Below the pieces are notes generated by a model. It was not told where the DNA came from. It made no database searches and worked only from the letters and a program-made list of their open reading frames with translations. DNA of 62,743 nucleotides, counting the filler, from Porpidia crustulata (lineage: Eukaryota): NCBI GenBank assembly GCA_964255105.1. It is 6 parts of 6 records of this genome, joined end to end, with 100 filler letters (N's around TTAATTAATTAA, not from the genome) between each part and the next. Parts side by side here need not be neighbours in the genome. Positions count along the whole stretch, not along the records: positions 52,383 to 62,743 come from CAXUWE010000785.1; 5 more parts are not named here. One strand, given 5' to 3'. Every line of letters begins with the position of its first letter. Within the stretch, counting starts at the first letter, position 1. Position numbers and translations under genes: made by a program. Positions 52,283-62,743 of the stretch are shown here, piece by piece.

Positions 52283-52382
52283 NNNNNNNNNNNNNNNNNN
52301 NNNNNNNNNNNNNNNNNNNNNNNNNNTTAATTAATTAANNNNNNNNNNNNNNNNNNNNNNNNNNNNNNNNNNNNNNNNNNNN
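52283..52382. other. Artificial contig spacer
   Basis: N44-TTAATTAATTAA-N44. Confidence 0.98.
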
Positions 52383-53683
52383 GAGCCAAGGTGTAGAAAA
52401 CGAACGTCGCCGTAAAATAAAAAAAAAACCAAGTCAAGCAGATATTGTGTAGGCCTGAGCATGGTGAGAGCTTTGGTGCTGCTCAAGCGTATGATGAGTT
52501 AATGGCACCATTTTTCCCTCCTTCGAATCTGTTGCTGTCAGATCCGCCTTTCCATGGACCGATGAAGGAAACCTGGGGTAGGAGGATGCAAGGCTTACCG
52601 GAAAGAAGTCGTGGCTTCATACAAAGCTGCACGCACTCCCACTTTCGGAATATAGAATCTGGGTCAACAGTGGACCTTTACGAGTCTATGAAGAAACTGT
52701 CATGGAAAGTCTTACTTGGCGTCTTCTTGTCATCATCGGATGAAAATGATGTTACGGAGTCAGAGCTCGTGGAGATCGAGTCGTTGCAAGAAGTCCTTCT
52801 ACGTGGCCAATTCTCGCTGTTCCCCGTAAGCATCAACACCAGGTTTTGGCAATCTCCTCGGGCAAAAGGGCTAGAGGCTAGAAAGAAGCTTCAAGAATTG
52901 TTGAAAGCTCGATTAAGGAGTGGTGAAGCCAAATGTCCATTTGCCATAAATGATGAAGTAGCAAAAACTGACGTAGCATCTCACTTGTTACTGTTTACAT
53001 CTTCTCTGGCGGTGAAAGCATCCGCGTCCATACTGACGGCCTTTTTGCTGAATCTATATGTTGCTCCAAGAAGTGACAGCGATGATGGTACTTCTTTGGC
53101 TAGAAGATTGAGGTCTATTGAGAACGACGAGGATCGCAATATGCTGCTCTATAGTACCCTTCTTGAAACCGAACGCCTATCCCCTCCAGTTGTTGGAATC
53201 ATGCGAAGAAGCTTAAAAGAAGTAATTCTGACATCCTCACAACCAGGTACAATGGATACCTTCATCCCGAAGGCCTGGGATGTTTGGATGTACTTTGTTG
53301 GGGCAGCACGCGATCCAGTCATCTTTGGATCAACAGCTGAGAAATTCTTGCCAACTAGATATTATCATTCTGATTCAATAGACGGAAAAATGGAAGGCTT
53401 TGCTTTCGGGGATGGTCCTAAAGCCTGTCTCGGGGGTAGTATGATGAGAGAGATCATGACGACGGTTGCTAAAACTTGTATTGGTATATTGCCGGCTGGA
53501 TCCGAGGCAAACATGAGATTGGATATACAAGCAGACGCAGGAAGTATTCCCCGTGGTGTACAGGGTTGGCTGGGCTGGCAGACAAATGTGCTCCCAGAGG
53601 AATGGGCGAAAGATATGAAACAGCTGCCAACACAGCGACCTGTGAAAGCGATAGATGTCAAGATTGTGCATGACATTCATTAG
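52383..53683 (+). CDS. Cytochrome P450 with atypical I-helix; 5' end cut by contig start
   Basis: K-helix ETERLSPPVVGIMRR; RDPVIFG..AEKFLPTRY meander; heme motif FAFGDGPKACLG. Confidence 0.88.
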
Positions 53684-53736
53684 AAACTCTTCTAGATCGT
53701 TCCCTTATCAAGAAATTCTCAAATCTAGATCACAGA

Positions 53737-54240
53737 TCATAACGCAGTTTTGCCCGGCGATGACAGTACACCTTTTTCTCTCAACACAGTCACAAACTTC
53801 TCTGGATCCCCAGCACAACCTGCCAGCTCCGAGCTTTCCACGACAACCGTGAGATCTCCCTCCTTGTCGCCAGAAAGCACCACCGGGAAACGCAAATGAT
53901 TCGACTCGACGTATTTTTTCGTCTGATCGGAATGAAAAACTCAATTTCACAGCCCATTACGAGCATTTTATCATCTGTAATAAAAACGAAAGTTACGCAC
54001 CTGCTCATCCAATTCATCCCGATGCAGCTGCTTAATCTCTAATCCCCCCTCCTCAGCAACCTGCCGCTTCGCCTTCTTCCATCCAGCCGTCTCGTCCAGA
54101 TGCAGCCCGCCGTGCGTGATATCGCAGGCGGCGCATACGGGGCCGTCCTTGGTGCTGGAGGTGAGCTTCTTGTAGCCGTAGGAGAGTTTACCCATGACGG
54201 AGGCGTCAGCGTTGTAGAGGATGTAGAGGGTTGAGGTCAT
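53737..54240 (-). CDS. Small thioredoxin-fold-like protein with CxxC, 2 exons, ~140 aa
   Basis: Exon 1 MTSTLYILYNADASVMGKLSYGYKKL..VCAACDITHGG..LHRDELDEQ; GTGCGT...CAG intron; exon 2 TKKYVESNHLRFPVVLSG..ELAGCAGDPEKFVTVLREKG..TAL*. Confidence 0.7.
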
Positions 54241-54519
54241 TTTTTTTGGGCTGGAGCAGGTAACTTGGGGGAAGGGGAGTTAACAATTTTTAGACCGTGG
54301 ATAATGGAAGGTGAATGCGATGGTTGATCAGAGGATATGTTTAGTATTGAGCGATTGTGGTGGATGTTGAGAAGGTTTTTTAGATGTTGACAGCGGGAGC
54401 GGGTCAGAAGGCGTCAGCTGCCCAATCCAAATTCTCTCCAAATGCATCGTAATCGTTTTCAAGGCGCTCTATTCGAAGAAACCAATGCATCTCGTGTTCA
54501 ACAGATTATCTAGTCAAGA

Positions 54520-56716
54520 ATGCGGCGTCCTATTAATCTTGACGTCGTAGTCATTGGATCAGGTGAGTTGCAGTCTGATCTAAGATTTCACTAGCGATGC
54601 TGATGCAAAACGAAAGGCCTTTACGGAATCCAGGCAGCGCGATACTATTTGGATATTCATCCGGAAGCAAACCTTCTTATTCTAGAATCTGATGATGTGG
54701 TGGGGGGAGTGTGGAGTTCAAGTAATGCAATTTCGATTTCATCTCGATTCTTTTGCTCTTCGTAGTTGGAAAACAATTATGGAATTATGATATTTTGGTT
54801 TGATAGAAGTCAAAGTTTCCTTCTCGTTGGTACTCACATCCTGTAAATGTTTGGCGTTTATGTTTGCCTTGCCAGTATTGTGACTCATTTCCCCTGTAAT
54901 GCTACACTGCATTATAAGGTCGAGAGCTGCTGAACATCCCGCTTTACGTCCACTTACATATACTCACTACGCCATCAAGAAAGAGTATACGATGCCTTCT
55001 GGACACAGACCCCAACCTCAATGGCTGAATTCTCCGACCGCCCTCTCCCACCAATCCCAGAATCAGAACAATACTACAATTTCTTTCCAGCAAGGTACAT
55101 CACGGCATATCTAGAGTCATACATCGATTCCCATATCTACAACGGACAAAGCCTTCGCTCTCGAATTCTTCTCAATACCAGTGTCACCAATATCGCTAGA
55201 CTTCCGGACAGAGCATGGCAAATCACCTGCAACCTATCTTCCCGAATCTTCACAACTCCTCGCCTCATCGACGCAACAGGCTTGACATCTCTTCCTCACA
55301 TCCCCCAAATCCCAGGTCAAGACGTATTCCAGGGCCTTGCCCTTCACCACAGATCCTTCGGCCAATCTACCTTCCTCCAAGACCCACATTTACAGCACAT
55401 TGCCATTCTGGGTGGTGCCAAATCAGCAGCAGACGTTACCTACACGGCAGCAAAAGCAGGCAAGACGGTCTCGTGGATTATTCGAGACGACGGAAATGGC
55501 CCCGCCGCGTTCTTGGGTGCGGAGGGGAAAGGACCGTATAGGAATTCCAACGAAAGGTTTTACACCAGATTCGTCGCTGCATTGCTGCCGAATCCTTTCG
55601 CTGATGGGCGGCCAAAATTGGTAGAGCGTGTGTTGCATCAAACGAGGGTGGGGAGGTGGATGTTTAAGAAAATTTGGGACCGTGTTGATAGGGAGAGTAG
55701 GAGAAAGGCAGATTATAGGAGGGATGAAGGCAGAGGTATGGGATTTAAGGAATTGGAGCCAGATACACCGTAGGCCGCATGGTATTTCGTTTCGTAAGAT
55801 GCCGAGAGCTAATTTTCATGATTAAAGGGTATTTTGGCAGAACGACAGTTCAGGCGTGAACCAGCGACCAGATTTCTTCGAGACGATCGCGACTAAAGTC
55901 CATATATACCGCCAATCTATCGACCATCTATCATCTAATTCTATAGCACTCCGATCCGGGAAAGATTCTGATGAGAACCCATTCTGCACTATACCTGTGG
56001 ACGTTCTAGTCTACTGCACTGGCTGGACTCTGAATAGCCCTATATATTCGCAGTCCATGGCTTATGAATTAGGTCTCCCGGTACCGCTCTCGGACGCTAA
56101 CGCCAAAATAGAATTGCGGTGGAAGGAGCTTGACGCATCTGTGGATGCCGAAGTACTTCTGCGGTTTCCCGGTCTGACTGAACCTCCAACTTACCGAAAG
56201 TCGACGCCGACCCTTACACCCTTTCGCCTTTATAAAGCCATGGCCCCAATTAGCGATATCGAAGATCATTCAATTGTCTTCCTCGGCAAAACGGTCGTCG
56301 GTAATAATTTTCGTGCTGCTGAGGTTCAAGCGTTATGGGCTGTTGCATATCTTGATGGAAACTTAGAAAGCTTGATGGATGATTTCCATGCAGGATCTAG
56401 AGACGACAAAGCGAGACGAATCCAAAGAGATGTTGCCATGACCGTAGCTTGGTGTGGGAGACGATATCTGAACAAGGGAGAACTGGGTAATTGGTACTAC
56501 TTCGACATGATCAGTTACACTGATATGCTTCTGGCGGAGCTGGGCCTGTCTAGTCACAAACGGAGGGGATGGCTAAGGATTCTCTTCACACCATGCCGAG
56601 CCGTGGATCTGAATAACCTGGTACATGAGTATATAGCTCGGTGCAAGTCGGTGACAAAACCCATCCGACTTCAAGGCCCGGCGGTCTCACCGAAATGTAG
56701 CGAGGAGGCAGGATAA
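54520..56716 (+). CDS. Class B flavin-containing monooxygenase (FMO/BVMO-like), 4 exons
   Basis: DVVVIGSG|LYGIQAA FAD motif; VGGVWS; ATGLTSLPHIP; FMO fingerprint FQGLALHHRSF; NADPH motif ILGGAKSAAD; DVLVYCTGW. Confidence 0.92.
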
Positions 56717-56742
56717 GTCAATGTCTCCGAGGATCGTCCAGC

Positions 56743-57720
56743 TCAGCATGTCTTCGAGTCCAACGCTTGATACTGGCTCCTAGCGACCCATTCAAAAGCA
56801 GTGTCCCACCAAGTAAAGAACGGTGCGTAGTATCTCGTGCCAGTCTGATGGTGTTGGCTATGCCTCCTGCTCCCAGCCGCCCACCCTTGTGGCAGCAGCT
56901 TGTCATAGCCCCATACCAAATCCATACCCGAATGTATGTCAACCAATAGCCATACAAATATTGGAATGAAGAACGTGCGAGTGAGAACATGCGAGCCAAT
57001 GATGTTGAGGGAGAAGTTGGCCAGCAACACCAATCCAAGTCTTTCGATGATATCCAGCTGGTTCGTAACCTGTGGGTTGATCTCGGCATGACCGTGGTGT
57101 ATCTTGTGGATCTTCCGGAGCATGGGCAGCTTATGTAAAGCTAAATGGAAGAGGAAAAACACGCCGTCGTATATGAAGAAGCTCAGGGCGAGTTCTAAGA
57201 CCAGTTGCCTACTTGTAGGAGGTAGTCGGGGCAAGGCACGCTGTGTCTGTAATGGAGATTTGAAAGTGAATCGATGCAGCGTTGGCGCAAGGAAATTGCC
57301 CCGCATGGCCACAGTATCTGGATCATAGTTGCCGGAAACGGCCATGTCTGATACAGACACACCGCCGAATTTCTTGATCATGGTGAGATCGAGAAGCAGC
57401 AATGGTGCCATATAATTTATTCCTTCTCTTATGCGATTGGATGGCCGCTGCAGCTTAGGAAGATTGCGATTAGCCGGAGTTGCGTTGCCTTGAACGGCGA
57501 AGCGTAGCTGAGGGTTATGGGCAAATCTGTATGTGTAGAGAGGCTCGATGACTGCATAGCATATGACCGTCCATATCGTCTCGAATGTGGAAGACTTGAA
57601 GAGAGAAGTAGTGCAGACATAGCCATAGAGATGGTCAAGGTATGGTTGGTAGATGGTTGGACGTAGTAGGGCGCTTCCTAAAAGGACAAGGAGACACACG
57701 CGTGGAAAGAAAGCCGTCAT
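56743..57720 (-). CDS. Fatty acid hydroxylase/sterol desaturase superfamily di-iron enzyme (cholesterol 25-hydroxylase-like)
   Basis: His boxes FHLALH, IHKIHH, DIHSG and HSQHH, followed by YYAPFFTWWD; hydrophobic segments. Confidence 0.88.
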   Translation of the reverse strand: MTAFFPRVCLLVLLGSALLRPTIYQPYLDHLYGYVCTTSLFKSSTFETIWTVICYAVIEPLYTYRFAHNPQLRFAVQGNATPANRNLPKLQRPSNRIREGINYMAPLLLLDLTMIKKFGGVSVSDMAVSGNYDPDTVAMRGNFLAPTLHRFTFKSPLQTQRALPRLPPTSRQLVLELALSFFIYDGVFFLFHLALHKLPMLRKIHKIHHGHAEINPQVTNQLDIIERLGLVLLANFSLNIIGSHVLTRTFFIPIFVWLLVDIHSGMDLVWGYDKLLPQGWAAGSRRHSQHHQTGTRYYAPFFTWWDTAFEWVARSQYQALDSKTC

Positions 57721-58048
57721 GGGGGAGCTTAGTAGAGACTGAGGGAGTCCACGATGCCAGTAGAAGCGAAAGCTCGAGTCTACTGGTATGCTTCAGTTGG
57801 ATGCTGGAGGAAAGCCTCTCCCGCAGGTTGCCAGGCGGAAATAAAAAATTGCCCCGCCAAGTTCATCTATGATCGATAGCGGGGAATGTCATCGTCATTG
57901 CGAAACAAGCTTGTGTCGAAACGCAGACAGTAGCCGGTTTCCTAATGTAGCGTACTTGGAGCCGTATAGATTTGGAAACCCGTCTCTGCTAGTTTGTTAC
58001 TTGAGACTATGAATGCGCAAGATCTTTTCGTTCCTGCTTTCTATAAAT

Positions 58049-58666
58049 ATGTTTGACATCCGCTTACGAGTTCTCAAGGATGGTATCTTTCAACCTTTAT
58101 GCCGATATATACCAAGCTACATTGCTCCGGTCCACATAACCTTCGCCGCTTTTGTTGCTGGTATTCTTGCATGCTATTCAGCCAGTCAAAAGAGAATCAG
58201 TATTTCCTTATTCCTCTGGGGGCTGAACCGAGTCCTTGACTGCTTAGACGGTACACTGGCCCGTCATCTTGGCATTGCGTCTGACCTAGGTGGATTCCTG
58301 GATCTCCTTGGAGACTTGATTGTTTACTCCTTGATACCGCCTGCAATCGCAGCAGGATGGAAGAGTACAGCCGGCGGTTGGAGAGCAGTCGCAATCCTCG
58401 AAGCATCCTTTCACATTAACAATTTCGTGCTGTTCTACATTGCTGCTGTCGCAGAGAAATGGGGAGCTAAAGGCGGAAATAAATCACAAGAGTTGACGAG
58501 CGTGACGATGAAACCTGCACTGATTGAAGGTATGGAGAGCGGGTTGCTCTTCACGACTATGCTGGTATGGCCCAGCATGATCGAGCAGTGGTGTTGGATC
58601 ATGGCTTGCCTTGTGGCCGTAGGTACTACTCAGAGGATAGCTTGGGTTGTGCCAGCGTTGAGTTGA
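58049..58666 (+). CDS. CDP-alcohol phosphatidyltransferase family protein (stand-alone, ~205 aa)
   Basis: Signature DCLDGTLARHLGIASDLGGFLDLLGD (DxxDGxxAR...GxxxDxxxD); PVHIT N-terminal motif; several TM segments. Alternative ATG at 58013. Confidence 0.9.
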   Translation: MFDIRLRVLKDGIFQPLCRYIPSYIAPVHITFAAFVAGILACYSASQKRISISLFLWGLNRVLDCLDGTLARHLGIASDLGGFLDLLGDLIVYSLIPPAIAAGWKSTAGGWRAVAILEASFHINNFVLFYIAAVAEKWGAKGGNKSQELTSVTMKPALIEGMESGLLFTTMLVWPSMIEQWCWIMACLVAVGTTQRIAWVVPALS

Positions 58667-58969
58667 TCTTCTCATTCTTCCTTTCCACCCAGTTGCTTCC
58701 CAAGCTTGAGAAGCTCAACGAAAAAGGAACTTGCAATGGAAAGGAGGAAAATTACGGTACACGCCACAGAAGCTGGTAACTTTCATCTGGCTTGCCCCAC
58801 CAAAGTCAATGTTTTCATTTAAAAGGGTTTGAACAATTGCAGTAAACCAGCAGCACACATTTGGAGACATTGGAGAACTACATGACCAGGCGCCATTCAC
58901 TGCAGCACTGAGCAACCCAAGGATTATATTGGTGAGTCCTATTTACGATAGAGCAAAGGTGAACGTCAG

Positions 58970-60582
58970 ATGGATAAGTCATCGAGAGAGAAAGATCAAG
59001 ACATCAACGAGCAGCTGGAAGTAGTGGAAACAAGACATGCGCAGGGCGAGTTGGTAGCAAGGCCCGTGATACCAGCATGGAGGGTCGCAATCTCACTCGT
59101 GCTTCTCTTCTTGAACTACTTCCTCGCTCAGTATGACAAATTTATTCTATCTTACTTCCAGGATGAGGTCATTAAATCCTTGAACCTGTCGACATCATCC
59201 TATGGAGTCCTATCAGGCTATGCCACAGGCATTGCTTATGCTTTGCTCGCAATTCCTACTGCTTACATCGCCGATTATACTGGCAGGAGAGTGTGGGTTC
59301 TTACCATTACCGCAATATGGTGGAGCCTGTGTGCAATTTTTCAAGGCCTCAGTCGAAACTTCTGGCAGATACTACTGGCACGGATTGGGATGGGAATCGG
59401 TCAGGCACCTGTAGAAGCACTTAGCGTGAGTCTCATTAGTGACATGATGGGTAAAGAGTATGTTTTTATTGGGGAAAGGTACGTTGATAGGGCCTGGGAA
59501 AACTTAGTAACATTCGGATTTTCGCTGATCCAAGAATTAGTATACTATATGTAGGTGTGTACATCGGAGAAGCTGTCAGTGGTCAGATTGCTGTGGCTTT
59601 TGCCGAAACAAATACCCCATGGAATACTGCCCTAATCGCAATCGGGATTGTAGGCATCGTTGTGGCGGTTTTGATCCGACTTCTGGTTAGAGAGCCTCTG
59701 CGCCAGACGTCTTTGGTCGACTCTAGAGCTCTCAATCATTTGGGAGAGCACCCGCATATAATCTCCACCAGTACGATGCTTGCTTTCGCACGCAGCGATT
59801 TGGCGGCTACCATCAGCTATCTCGCACACCTGCGGTCTTTCTGGTTGCTCACACTCTCGGCCTCCTTTCGCCAGCTTTCTGGCAACGTGTTTGGCTTCTA
59901 CATGCCCACGTATCTCTCGAGTCTCTACCCATCTCACACCGAACTTCTCTCTCGATATGGGATCATTGTTGGTGTAGTCGGATCCGTCGCCGTTCTTCTT
60001 GGTGGCTTGTTGACCTCATTCTTCTGGGGCAGGACAAAACTCCTGTCCATTTATCTGACCGGAGTGGGTGGTATGGTTTCATCCGTTTTTGTTCTGCTCA
60101 TGGTATTCTCTCGATCAATTGCTGGCGGTAGCGAAGACAAAGGTGTGACGATTCTTTATGGCACCATGAGTGCTGCCTACCTTACCGCGGAGCTCTGGCT
60201 AGGCGCACTGAATAGTCTGATCGCGCTACTGCTGCCTCCGCGATACAAGACCTTTGGATTGGCTATATGGGCGGCAGTCCAAGTCTTGGTGTATTCGGCA
60301 GGGCCAGAGATAATCGGCTTGGCTCTAAGGAACGTTCCCACAGATAGCCAAGCTTATAGCGTCAGTACAGAGGTTGCCTTGGCAGTCATCATTCCTGTTG
60401 GCTACTGGATCGCGGGCCTGGGGTTTTTACTTGCAATACCTTTACTGAGACGAGACCTGGATGACGACTTTGTTCGTGGTAGCTTAAGGTTAGGAAGGAA
60501 GGCTGGGTACGGAATCTTTTCTATAATTCTTGGAGGATTGGTGATTGGTCTATTTGCGACGAGTCTTGTTTATCGAGTTTGA
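58970..60582 (+). CDS. MFS transporter, Spinster-like, one intron
   Basis: LLFLNYFLAQYDKFILSY; AYIADYTGRRVWVL (motif A-like); ILLARIGMGIGQA..SVSLISD; about 12 hydrophobic segments. Confidence 0.85.
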
Positions 60583-61076
60583 AAGTTCCTCGGCGTGACG
60601 GTTTAGAAAACAATCTACCTCTTATTCCCGACAGCCATTGTGATAACGTAAACGCACATAAGATACTCTTAATTGTGTGTCCATTCATCCTTCTATCACT
60701 CCTCGTACAGCGTACCGCTATGCATTCCCATATTTAACCATCGAGCAGGAAGAAGCAACGGAAACAGTAATCTGTTACAACTTATCAGTAGTATTTCATA
60801 TTTGAGGTATGATACGGAAATTTATTAGGATACCACCCAATTCATAAAGTCGTTCTCTGATATTATTTGACTGTTTCCGTGTAACCTAGACGATTTAAGC
60901 AACGCTCCTCCCATGTAGCAGCTGTCTACTGATATGGCTAGAATGAATTTCCTAAAAGCATGCCCTCCACTTTCACTATGACTGCTGTAACTGTGCCCTG
61001 GCAACTATATTTCATCATGCCAGCCCCAGTGCCTCGTTGTCATCCAAATGATTGACTTCCATCCTCTGCAATGCAC

Positions 61077-61891
61077 CTATGTACTTCTGACCCTTTTCCC
61101 CCCACACCTCCGCTGCTCGAGTGCTCTGTTGGCGCGCGCTTTCTCTTGGTCTTTCGACCACTTCCGCGGGCTTCCAATCTTTATCTCGCCTCTTTCTCCC
61201 CGGCGTCTCTTGGTAGGCGATCGCGAAGACGGGCTGAATGAGACCGAGCTACCATCTTCCTCTTCATCTTCTAATTCGTCATTGTCGATTGGCCCGCAAC
61301 GAGTTGACTCCGGCATGATTGGAACGAAGGGGACGCGCAGACGCTGCGGGCTCGAGCTCCAGAATGTTTCCGTGAAAAGCAGGGAAATCCAATCCATAGT
61401 GATTGCCATGTAGTAACTATTCCACGACTGGGACCGGACTGCTATTTCCAGTATTATTGAAAGGTTCCCCGGATCGTGGCAGATGGGCCATATTGTACCC
61501 CCAAAAACCCTTAGCTCCCATGCCGACCCTACTTCAGTACAAGTAGCGCCTGGAGATGAGGGGAATGGGAGCCCAGATGCCATACATTTGGCTTCTCTGA
61601 TGCATCTAAATTCAAGGACGTGGGATATTTCGTGACACAGCAGCACAGCGGTCATAAAGTATGCTGCATGTCTCCTGTACGCAGTGCTCCCGGGGTCGCT
61701 GATTGCCTTGACGAGTTGATAATCTCAGCGGCGAGATGAGCGCGCACAAAGACGAATTTGTGGACATGTTCAGCGAGATCCACGAAACAGGAACCTTCGA
61801 AGTTGCTATCATACCGGATGCCGGGCATTACATTACAGAGGAGAATCCGGTAGGATTTACAAGAGAGGTGTTGAAGTTTGTGCAAAGTCAT
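61077..61891 (-). CDS. Hypothetical protein with HExxH motif; apparent frameshift near 61720, possibly a pseudogene
   Basis: FMTAVLLCHEISHVLE and downstream EVGSAWELRVFGG. The upstream coding-like sequence is in a different frame. Confidence 0.45.
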
Positions 61892-62743
61892 ACCACCTCA
61901 TGATTGCTAGTATAGGGTATGCTGATGCCTAATCGGCAGCCAGTTACTCCTTGAGCATATTCTCGCAGGTGCAAACACCCAATCTTTCCCGGATTTCAGC
62001 AGCGAGATTCGCTCAACCGCTTTCTTCTGTTGATATCCACAATGAATCATCTAAGCAGTTGATCATGCGGCGACTCGTGCACGACAAAGCGTAGAGTTTC
62101 CTGTGCTCTGTGTCCCAAGCAGTTTACACTCCGTGGGCTTCTAGAAACCCCGAAGTGTGTTTTTGATAGATGTCTTTCCTTACTGCCATATAGATTTTAA
62201 CATCTTCAGTGTGCTTTCCACTCTTTAATGCACTTTCATCATTTACAGAGTGAGTGGAGAGCGCTTAAGCAGATAGATCACTCAGCGTTCTTTCTTGAAT
62301 GGAAAAAATTCTTTCTCGACGGATGAAACTATCATCGACAAGGACAGGACGCCAAAGCAATAGACTGTTTCATATTTTGCAGACTGAAGAGCCTTGGGGG
62401 GCATCAGTATATCACTTGTCTCCATGTTTCCTCGACTGAGGAAGTTCAAATGTACCGGGGTTTTTGAAAGGAAGAATAGATACGAAGAAATAGTCCTAGA
62501 ATTTATACGAGGGTCATCATCGCCATATTCACACAAATATTCAACAAAAAATCGGTGACACATACATTCACCCGCGAAGCCCTTTGTCCACGAGGAAGTA
62601 GACAACCGATGGTGTGACTCGAAACGTCGCTGTAACATGTAAGAGATTACGATGGGGTAGAAATTGGGAATGTCGCGGTGGATCAGATGACTGGACTTGT
62701 GGGAAAAGGAATGGGGCTGGAAAAGGGTTCGGGGCTAGCTGGG

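Noticed and set aside
52383..52444. Stop codons and a poly-A run at the P450 5' end suggesting a pseudogene
   Set aside because: They lie in the first 60 nt of the contig and look like low-quality end sequence; the remaining 412 codons are open.
50582..53683. Ketopantoate reductase as part of the P450/FMO cluster
   Set aside because: Separated from the cluster by an artificial spacer; no evidence of linkage.

Overview
This window is fungal DNA (filamentous ascomycete, Pezizomycotina-type genes with short spliceosomal introns) and is not one locus. It is six contigs joined by an artificial 100-nt spacer (44 N + TTAATTAATTAA + 44 N). Their lengths fall monotonically (10385, 10384, 10377, 10369, 10367, 10361 nt), so they look size-sorted and are presumably unlinked. 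Contig 1 (1-10385) has alpha-actinin, a CRIB-motif protein, a gene-poor stretch and a 137-bp TA-flanked MITE. Contig 2 (10486-20869) has a pseudogenised NLR-like NACHT/C2H2/ankyrin gene head-to-head with a Rad5/16-like SNF2 helicase. Contig 3 (20970-31346) is housekeeping: Rom2-type RhoGEF, V-ATPase c' (VMA11), a PKA-like kinase and a SAP/Acinus-like gene. Contig 4 (31447-41815) has a Gypsy integrase scrap, a decayed tyrosine-recombinase (DIRS/Ngaro-like) retrotransposon, a broken membrane-protein gene and a secreted protein. Contig 5 (41916-52282) has a Fot1/pogo transposase end, a MARVEL-like gene, a DUF3433-like pseudogene, tRNA-Ala(CGC) and ketopantoate reductase. Contig 6 (52383-62743) is a tightly packed six-gene cluster: atypical P450, CxxC thioredoxin-like protein, flavin monooxygenase, CH25H-like hydroxylase, CDP-alcohol phosphotransferase and Spinster-like MFS. 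No PKS/NRPS/terpene core is in view there. That cluster (a possible sterol/lipid oxidise-conjugate-export module) and the NLR-SNF2 pair are the best candidates for undescribed systems. All calls come from reading motifs by eye; no database searches were run.
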